Below are positions 5,793 through 11,922 of a DNA stretch of 11,922 bases, in pieces; positions within the stretch are counted from its first letter, which is position 1; every line of letters starts with the position of its first letter. This stretch comes from Candidatus Heimdallarchaeota archaeon (lineage in GTDB: Archaea; Asgardarchaeota; Heimdallarchaeia; Heimdallarchaeales; Kariarchaeaceae), in NCBI GenBank assembly GCA_030149205.1, contig JASBSB010000009.1, positions 1 through 11,922 of the forward strand, in the 5' to 3' direction. The translations under genes were made by a program, and so were the position numbers. The notes below the pieces were generated by a model that made no database searches, had not been told where the DNA came from, and saw only the letters and a program-made list of their open reading frames with translations.

Positions 5793-7619
5793 TCACTTAA
5801 TTAATTTAATTGGGATTTTATTGTCCCTTATTTGTAGAAAACTGAAATTGTTCTCCACTTGTATGTTGCTTTCCTCTGCAACCACCAATCTAGAGCTATC
5901 AATGATCTTATAGACCTTGTTTGAAACTGAATAAACGTATATAGGTTGGCCATCAGTGTCAATTAAATTCTCTACTACTTCTGTACCCTCACCCTTAATT
6001 TCTTGTATTTGAGTTACATCGATCGCTAAAGTTGGAAGATTTTGATCAAAAACAACAAGAAAGCTCTTAACATCTTCCTTCCATATCTTAAACCAATCAA
6101 ATTCAAATATTTCCTGTTGATGGATTTCTATTGAATGTGACTCTTTTAATGATTCATAAACTATTTTAATCTGCTTTTTATTTAGATCGATTAATGAGAC
6201 AAAATGACTGAGGTTGGGGATGACCACAAATTCTGAACCAGTATACAGTATATCAGAGAACCAATAAGAAGCAGTTTCCTTGTTCACCAATGAGGAAAGA
6301 CTCAGTGGAGCCTCAAATCTATCAACAGAATCCCCTCTAAACTCAATTAACTGATTGTCAGTTTGGATAATGACACTAAAGATACCCATATGCGTAGAAT
6401 CTATGTTTAAATACCTTTGGAGGTCAACAGAAGGCAACATTGAACCACCGTAAAGAGAAACACCTAATTGATTATCAATTGACTTAAAGACAGGATTGAA
6501 TCGTATCTCTTTGATTTGCTCTTCTCGGAAGATTACATTAGTTTTACCAGTCGTAAGTTTAATGAATGGCTGTGTTTTAAAATCAACATTCTCATCAACA
6601 GCTTTGGGAGACCTTCTGAGGAATTTCATCCAATTGCTTACAGAGGCAGTCAATAACTTTTTTGAAAGTAGAACCTTCCGAAGATATTCGCTATTAAGGA
6701 CAAAAATTGGTGTTTGGTATTTATCTATGAAGATATTTGAATATGGTAGGTTATTTGTGTCTGATATTTCTGAGGAAGTCTCAATGAATTTTTCAATAGA
6801 AAGAGCCTCTGAAACATCTTCTACTTCAATCCCGAATTTTCTTACATCCCTACCTACTATTACTAATTTTTGTGGGGTTTTTGATGTACTCAACCCTATG
6901 ATGTCCTCAATGTTCAAAATTGGAAGGTTAATTAGGTCAAACTCAGCGACACTTTTAATCAGGCTCTCACGAAAATTTAGTTCAACTTTGTGAAGATCAT
7001 CTGGGGACATAACTCTGAAAACCTCATATTCTGGAAGTAAGATATCCCCATTCAAAAATCTAAGACGTAGAAATTTATCCTTGACTTCATCAGATTTTAA
7101 ATGAAATTTTGATACTCCAGAGATTAATTGCCTCTGACTATTGGGAGATACCTCCGTCAGACCTTTCCAGTTTATTTCTTTGAAGATTTTCTGTGTCTCA
7201 GCTTCGAGTTCTTTGTAAAGCACAGATATCACAGCACTTAGATAGAATACCGTGTAAGGTAATTCCTCTATAAGCTCGAGGACAAAGGGTAATCCTGTTT
7301 TCTTCTCAGAAGGGGGTTGGTAGAGTTTTAGTGTTCTTCTCACCCCGAGGGGCAATTTTAAACAAATTAAATACTCTTGAAATTCAAGTAGAACTAGTAT
7401 ATCATCCAGCTTGTTTGATGACTTGTAGCCATAAAAATCTAGAAGGTCAACCACCAAGCTCAACCTGTTATCAAGGATCGTAACCCCTAGAACATAATTA
7501 GAGGTTAGAGGAAGTGGAGTAATCTGGTTTTTGTAATATTGATACTCATAAATTCTTGGATTTTTATCTAATTCCAACAGAAAGCGACGTTGGTTTAGTT
7601 CAAACTCCAAAAATTCCAT
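5793..7619 (-). CDS. Tandem multi-CheW-domain protein (three full and one truncated CheW-like repeats)
   Basis: Repeat 1 (about 1-135): FLEFEL...ITPLP....VLGV..L......VVDL. Repeat 2 (about 181-315): KFLRL...LPILNIEDIIG...FGIEVEDV. Repeat 3 (about 350-478): PFIKL...IKEI...LGV..YGG.MLPSVDL. Partial repeat 4 (about 518-608): SFLVVF...LAIDVTQIQEI. Coupled to upstream cheW by a TAATG overlap at 7617-7621. Domain calls are by eye. Confidence 0.75.
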   Translation of the reverse strand: MEFLEFELNQRRFLLELDKNPRIYEYQYYKNQITPLPLTSNYVLGVTILDNRLSLVVDLLDFYGYKSSNKLDDILVLLEFQEYLICLKLPLGVRRTLKLYQPPSEKKTGLPFVLELIEELPYTVFYLSAVISVLYKELEAETQKIFKEINWKGLTEVSPNSQRQLISGVSKFHLKSDEVKDKFLRLRFLNGDILLPEYEVFRVMSPDDLHKVELNFRESLIKSVAEFDLINLPILNIEDIIGLSTSKTPQKLVIVGRDVRKFGIEVEDVSEALSIEKFIETSSEISDTNNLPYSNIFIDKYQTPIFVLNSEYLRKVLLSKKLLTASVSNWMKFLRRSPKAVDENVDFKTQPFIKLTTGKTNVIFREEQIKEIRFNPVFKSIDNQLGVSLYGGSMLPSVDLQRYLNIDSTHMGIFSVIIQTDNQLIEFRGDSVDRFEAPLSLSSLVNKETASYWFSDILYTGSEFVVIPNLSHFVSLIDLNKKQIKIVYESLKESHSIEIHQQEIFEFDWFKIWKEDVKSFLVVFDQNLPTLAIDVTQIQEIKGEGTEVVENLIDTDGQPIYVYSVSNKVYKIIDSSRLVVAEESNIQVENNFSFLQIRDNKIPIKLIK

Positions 7620-8068
7620 TAGAATACCTCTAATATATTTCCGTCTAACTTCACCAGAAAATTTTCGGTGTCCAGCATCTGCACCTCGAGTGTATCTACT
7701 GTCAGAACCTCAGCTATGACCTCCTTAAATTTGCTTGGTTTTTTTAATTTCATACTCTTATCCACTTTAGTTTTTGTGGGCAGTTCATTAATAAAAATAC
7801 CAAAAAGATTCCCTTTGTATTCCAATACCAAAACATTGGTTGTAACCGAGAATTCTAGACCACCTGAGTATTTAGGATTAAGTCGCCTTTGAAAGTTTAT
7901 CACTGGAATCAATTCTGAATTCTGGTAAAGTATACCAGCTATTACCTCAGGTACTCTCGGGATTTGCATAAAGTTAGTCTCTGAAACTAAAACTACCTCT
8001 TTCACAATTTTCTCGTCAATGCCAAAAAAACTTTCCCCAGATCTAAACACTAATATTTCCTCGTACAC
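7619..8068 (-). CDS. cheW: CheW-like coupling protein
   Basis: ILVFR.G...FGI.....KEVV......QIPRVPEVIAGI.....LIPVINF...L...VLVL.....LFGIFINE fits the CheW pattern. GTG start with GAGGA 7 nt upstream. First gene of the operon. Confidence 0.85.
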   Translation of the reverse strand: MYEEILVFRSGESFFGIDEKIVKEVVLVSETNFMQIPRVPEVIAGILYQNSELIPVINFQRRLNPKYSGGLEFSVTTNVLVLEYKGNLFGIFINELPTKTKVDKSMKLKKPSKFKEVIAEVLTVDTLEVQMLDTENFLVKLDGNILEVF

Positions 8069-8075
8069 AAATTTG

Positions 8076-8080
8076 TCCTC
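8076..8080 (-). promoter_or_regulatory. Shine-Dalgarno-like GAGGA for cheW
   Basis: The minus strand reads GAGGA-CAAATTT-GTG. Confidence 0.55.
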
Positions 8081-8343
8081 TTAAAATTACAAACTATAAT
8101 CTTTTTTGGTTTTTAACTCTTTTGACTCTCAATCCTTTACGATTTCAGAATTTGGTTTTTCTTTGAGCCTATGTCATTACCATCAATTAAGTAAAATTAT
8201 GTTCTTCAATTTAGCAGAATTTACAAAATCATTCAGTGTGATTGCACATTGAGTGAAGTAAAACTATTGAAATTAAATTTACGGTTCAATAATTGAGATA
8301 GATGAGAGCAATTAGCTCTGAATTCTTCTCTAGAATCAAAGAT

Positions 8344-8823
8344 TTATTTAGAATCTGCTGATACTAACTCGAGAAGTTCTATTCCATGTTTATTCAATCC
8401 ATATTTAGACCCTCCACCTCTGATACCATTGTAAATGACCTCTTCAACCTTACCTTCCTCATTTATGATAAAGGTCACCCGATCAGAAAGTTTTGTAATT
8501 ACATAGTTCTTAAAAACACCAAATTGTTTACTGATCTTTCCATCAGGATCTGGAACCAAGGTATATTCAAGTTTATAGGTTTCTGCAAACTTCTTCATCG
8601 TTTCTTCATTATCAGTTGATATTCCAAACACCTCTACATTCCTTTCTTTTAAATCAGCATAGGTATCCTGTAATGAACAAGCTTCTGCAGTACAACCCTT
8701 AGTGAAAGCTTTTGGAAAGAAAAACACAATTTTTCTCCCCTTCACATCAAGAAAGCTCATTGAACGACCTTCTTTTGTCGAAAATTCAAAATTTGGACAA
8801 GTTTCACCTGCTTGCAAGACCAT
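8344..8823 (-). CDS. bcp: Peroxiredoxin, BCP/PrxQ subfamily (CxxxxC type)
   Basis: FP37KAFT41KGC44TAEAC49 gives PxxxTxxC with a resolving Cys five residues downstream. GIS.D and DRVTFII..EG motifs are also present. Confidence 0.95.
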   Translation of the reverse strand: MVLQAGETCPNFEFSTKEGRSMSFLDVKGRKIVFFFPKAFTKGCTAEACSLQDTYADLKERNVEVFGISTDNEETMKKFAETYKLEYTLVPDPDGKISKQFGVFKNYVITKLSDRVTFIINEEGKVEEVIYNGIRGGGSKYGLNKHGIELLELVSADSK

Positions 8824-8845
8824 AAATTACAATTGATGTTACAAG

Positions 8846-8851
8846 TATAAA
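8846..8851 (-). promoter_or_regulatory. Putative archaeal TATA box (TTTATA) of a leaderless bcp transcript
   Basis: The minus strand reads AAAGCTAATA-TTTATA, 23-28 nt upstream of the bcp ATG, with no SD motif. This is typical archaeal spacing, but the region is AT-rich. Confidence 0.5.
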
Positions 8852-8966
8852 TATTAGCTTTAAGGAAAATGTTCAAGCTATCCTGGATTTAAAGACAAAA
8901 CCATCTTAGGTAAGTTTTAATGTGAATAAAAGCTTGATGAGAGATTAATTGTGAAAAACTTTAACT

Positions 8967-11513
8967 TTAAATTTGTAATACATCAGCAATCATCAAGAAT
9001 TCATCTGGATATCCAAAAAATTCATGATGAGCATAAATACCTAGTATTAGAAGACCATGATATCCATCAGGAATGAACACTGGAACTTCTTCACCTGAAC
9101 CAATAATTTGACTTGGGGAGAGATACGATGGCACCACACCAAGGTCTGTTGTTGTAATTTCAAGTCTAAAGGCAGTGCCAGAGGAGTCATAAATATCAAA
9201 GCCTACGATTATGATTGTAAACTCTCCACTTTGAAGGTACATAAAAACAGCCTCAGGAGCATTAAGTCCGGCACCTGCTGTGACAAAGTGTCCTGTCGAG
9301 TTGAAAATATAGAAGTCTAAATCGTCGGTTCCATAGTATCTGTAATCTCGTTCCCAGATAAGTTCCACTGATGCAAAGTCAAAAACATAATCGGGAATTG
9401 AAAATGTATAGGATTGAATCTCACCCTCTGTAATCCACCCAGTTGTTCTTGAAAACGTACCAGGCCAGATACCTACAGTAGTATTCGCAGGAATACCATC
9501 ATTCACAATTGAAATTTCACCTTCATCTTGTTCGAAATATGTTTCGGTTACCTCAATGATTAAACTATCAATGGTTAAATCACTCCATGAGGTAAATTCA
9601 TTTTCAATGGTAAGTCGAATTATCCCTTGCTCAAAGGTGAATGATTTTAATTTACCAACTTCGTAATCACCTGTGGGTAACCAAGAAAAGGCATAATAAT
9701 TACCTCGTATGCCATTATGCATTGCTGTTGAGAGATAAACAAACGCATTGTTTCCTAGAAGTGGATTCATTGATGAACCAAATTGGGTATTCCTTATTTT
9801 TACTGATAAAATTGCAGTAGTTGAAGGTACCTCGAATGCAAAATATGCAAATTGAGATGGCTTTATGCGAATATTGTCTATTGTGTTTGTCCCATAGTCA
9901 AGTTCCACTAGATCCATGTATTCCTCAAAACTCTCTTCAACCAACCCATGGTTAATCCCATGATCCTCATGCTCAAATTCATGTTCTTCTGATTGAAGAT
10001 ACTTTATTGAATTATATAAGTTCATATATCCATGGCCTTGCTCAATCTGTGAAAAGCCAGGTATTAAGTCTGCCCCAGCAGATAGTGCCTCTTTTATATC
10101 TTCCGCACCTAGATTCAACCCATTAAGATCACTGTATGCTGACAACAGAGCTGCACCACCTGCTACTACTGGTGAGGAGTAAGAGGTACCTGAACCAAAA
10201 GCTAGACCATAATAGAAGATTCCTCCAAGGTTGAGTGAACCTGTTGCAACTAAATCAGGTTTTGCCCTTCCATCTGAAGTCGGTCCTCTACTTGAGAAAG
10301 AAGTGATTGACTTTTCATTCCCTTTATAAAAGTAATCAGCGTTTCCAAAAATATATTCTCCAAAAACTTTCATTTGAACGGGAGTTGAAGCAGCACCAAC
10401 AGTGATAGCTGAGATTGCTGTTCCCGGAGACCCAATTTGAAGTGGATTAGGGCCAGAATTTCCTGCTGCTATCACAACTGCAATTCCTCGCGAGCTTGCT
10501 TCATCCACCATCAAATCCACTGGATCTTCACCAGGAATGTTACTCGCACCACCTAGGGAGAGATTTATAACATCAACGTTTTGAAGTATAGCATGCTCAA
10601 TACCAGAGAGGATGATAGCTGTTGTAGTAAACAGCGAAGCACTAAATACCTTGATTCCATAAATTGAAGCGAGTGGGGCTGTGCCAAGTAAATCTACCTG
10701 AACAAGTCCATCAGGAGTAAGTATTGCGTTTGGGTCATGATGTAAGAAGGCTTGACCGATATTTGATGAGGATGAGAATAACACCCTAGCATTAGCGGCA
10801 GCTTGAGTTGCAACAAATGTCCCATGATAAAAATTATTAGGATTGTCAAACCCCTCAAATGGAGTTCCTACATCAGGAGTTAAATCAACACCACCTATGA
10901 GTCTATCACCCAATAGAAAATTCGGAAGGACTCCGCTATCAATAATAGCTATAACCTGTCCTTCACCAGCACCTGTCATTGACCATACCTTGTTCGCCTT
11001 AGTGAGGTATGCGTTTGCATAAGCCTCAGGAAGTGTTGAGAGGTCAACAGATGAGGTAAACTTAAATGCTGAGGGGTCTATATCTGTGGTAGCCGATTCA
11101 CCTTTCAGTGCCCAATCAGTCTCAAGCGAGAGCTTTTCATTTTTATAAATCTTTTTAGTGTTTGGGCTGTTTGCAAGTTCTAATAATCTGTTACTTGGAA
11201 TTGTTGCCGCAATCAAAGATCCTAAAGTGTACTCATGAGTAATTTGACCCCCAAATCTCAAAATACTATCTTTCAAAAGGGATTCATCCCCTACACTTTC
11301 GACTATAATATCAAGATCATCTTTGTTTTCAGAAAACAAAACATCCTTTAATGAGCTGACGACTTTTGTTAATCCGTCAGTTACATTATTTTCTGGTTGT
11401 GTAATCTTAATATCATTACTAATAGTTTCAATTGAGCTCACACCCGTTAGTAACGGTAAAACGAGAATGAGACTCAAAATTATTGCTAATCGTTGTTTCA
11501 TATACAACACCAT
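8967..11513 (-). CDS. Secreted subtilisin-like serine protease (S8) with signal peptide, I9-like propeptide and C-terminal beta-rich/PPC-like domains
   Basis: Signal peptide MKQRLAIILSLILVLPLLTGVS. Catalytic IAIID192SG, H230GTFVA, AAGN352SG, FSSRGPT.DGR.KPD and GTS444YSSP.VAG. The start is probably ATG 11501, with GGTG 6 nt upstream. No C-terminal TM anchor. Confidence 0.95.
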   Translation of the reverse strand: MVLYMKQRLAIILSLILVLPLLTGVSSIETISNDIKITQPENNVTDGLTKVVSSLKDVLFSENKDDLDIIVESVGDESLLKDSILRFGGQITHEYTLGSLIAATIPSNRLLELANSPNTKKIYKNEKLSLETDWALKGESATTDIDPSAFKFTSSVDLSTLPEAYANAYLTKANKVWSMTGAGEGQVIAIIDSGVLPNFLLGDRLIGGVDLTPDVGTPFEGFDNPNNFYHGTFVATQAAANARVLFSSSSNIGQAFLHHDPNAILTPDGLVQVDLLGTAPLASIYGIKVFSASLFTTTAIILSGIEHAILQNVDVINLSLGGASNIPGEDPVDLMVDEASSRGIAVVIAAGNSGPNPLQIGSPGTAISAITVGAASTPVQMKVFGEYIFGNADYFYKGNEKSITSFSSRGPTSDGRAKPDLVATGSLNLGGIFYYGLAFGSGTSYSSPVVAGGAALLSAYSDLNGLNLGAEDIKEALSAGADLIPGFSQIEQGHGYMNLYNSIKYLQSEEHEFEHEDHGINHGLVEESFEEYMDLVELDYGTNTIDNIRIKPSQFAYFAFEVPSTTAILSVKIRNTQFGSSMNPLLGNNAFVYLSTAMHNGIRGNYYAFSWLPTGDYEVGKLKSFTFEQGIIRLTIENEFTSWSDLTIDSLIIEVTETYFEQDEGEISIVNDGIPANTTVGIWPGTFSRTTGWITEGEIQSYTFSIPDYVFDFASVELIWERDYRYYGTDDLDFYIFNSTGHFVTAGAGLNAPEAVFMYLQSGEFTIIIVGFDIYDSSGTAFRLEITTTDLGVVPSYLSPSQIIGSGEEVPVFIPDGYHGLLILGIYAHHEFFGYPDEFLMIADVLQI

Positions 11514-11549
11514 CTTAAATTAGATGAGTAAATAGATTTCTGAGAACAA

Positions 11550-11556
11550 TATATAA
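11550..11556 (-). promoter_or_regulatory. Possible archaeal TATA box (TTATATA) for the protease gene
   Basis: The minus strand reads AGGAAATAC-TTATATA, a purine-rich BRE-like stretch followed by TATA, about 40-50 nt upstream of the start. AT-rich context limits specificity. Confidence 0.4.
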
Positions 11557-11781
11557 GTATTTCCTACATCAGAAATGAATCTGCAATAAAAACATATAAT
11601 TTTACAGCTATATTTTTATTTAATTAGGTCATCAATATACTGTTTATAGTAAATGTTTTCTTCGTTTTTCATTAGTAAGTAATAAATTGAGAATTATGAG
11701 TTTGGGAGCGGAATGAGTAAGAGGAATCGAAATAACATGATTTACAATTGAAAGATTAAAGGAAATTAAGTTATTAATAGA

Positions 11782-11796
11782 AAGCTTGTCCCAAAA
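11782..11796 (+). repeat. 15-bp inverted repeat, copy 2 (AAGCTTGTCCCAAAA), putative IS terminal inverted repeat
   Basis: Exact reverse complement of 126-140. Confidence 0.85.
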
Positions 11797-11809
11797 CTCC
11801 TGGAACAAG

Positions 11810-11831
11810 CATTGAGCCCTCAGGCTCAATG
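11810..11831. repeat. Perfect 9-bp hairpin CATTGAGCC-ctca-GGCTCAATG
   Basis: 11810-11818 is the reverse complement of 11823-11831 with a 4-nt loop, 13 nt inside the putative TIR. Confidence 0.7.
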
Positions 11832-11922
11832 GATGAAAGATTTTCAGAAGAGAGAGATCCTCGCTTGAGATTCGGCTAGAATCGAACTAGATATATAGGA
11901 GGGGGTCAGAGCTGACTAGTGC

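Larger units (their letters stand above)
11782..11922 (+). mobile_element. Probable left end of an insertion sequence (or MITE), truncated by the window edge
   Basis: Begins with the inverted 15-mer. GC rises from 27% (11681-11780) to 46% (11801-11920). It contains subterminal hairpins and no long ORF, as expected upstream of a transposase gene. Confidence 0.55.

Noticed and set aside
6496-6993. 165-aa + strand ORF
   Set aside because: Antisense shadow of the multi-CheW gene. Ser/Phe-rich composition is typical of reverse frames.
7668-7892. 74-aa + strand ORF
   Set aside because: Antisense to cheW.
8095-8100. ATTATA as the che operon TATA box
   Set aside because: It would place the start site too close to the GTG to include the GAGGA RBS, and the context is AT-rich.
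8265-8291. TATTGAA-N13-TTCAATA inverted repeat upstream of the che operon
   Set aside because: Only 7 bp in very AT-rich DNA, so compatible with chance. Cannot be supported as an operator or terminator.
8386-8619. 77-aa + strand ORF
   Set aside because: Antisense to bcp.
9108-9320. 70-aa + strand Cys-rich ORF
   Set aside because: Antisense to the protease gene. The Cys codons arise from reversed ACA/GCA codons.
11323-11523. 66-aa + strand ORF
   Set aside because: Antisense to the protease signal and propeptide region.
11644-11829. 61-aa - strand ORF sharing EFWDKL with frame 3 at 123-140
   Set aside because: The peptide match is just the translated 15-bp inverted repeat. The ORF straddles the element boundary and has no RBS.
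1-11922. CRISPR arrays, tRNA/rRNA genes, tandem DNA repeats, MCP genes
   Set aside because: None seen. Intergenic gaps are short and non-repetitive, and no ORF shows an MCP coiled-coil hairpin signature.

Overview
An AT-rich 11.9 kb window, probably archaeal. The promoter, RBS, TPR and sorting-signal features fit an Asgard/Heimdallarchaeia-like host, but that is inference. On the + strand are a decayed surface-protein remnant, a membrane-anchored alpha/beta hydrolase, a TPR protein and menA. On the - strand are a secreted S8 subtilase, a BCP peroxiredoxin and a tightly coupled five-gene chemosensory-type operon: cheW, a 608-aa protein with 3 full plus 1 partial CheW-like repeats, cheY, cheA and cheC. 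The operon is complete on both sides but has no chemoreceptor, cheB, cheR, cheD, cheF or motor gene. Every CheW fold lacks the conserved Arg, the CheA N-box is altered and one CheC active site is degenerate, while CheY is canonical. This is the best candidate for an undescribed signalling system. The region is bracketed by a perfect 15-bp inverted repeat (126-140 and 11782-11796) at sharp GC steps. These look like the right and left ends of two copies of an IS element, which could mean a composite transposon or simply an assembly break at IS repeats.
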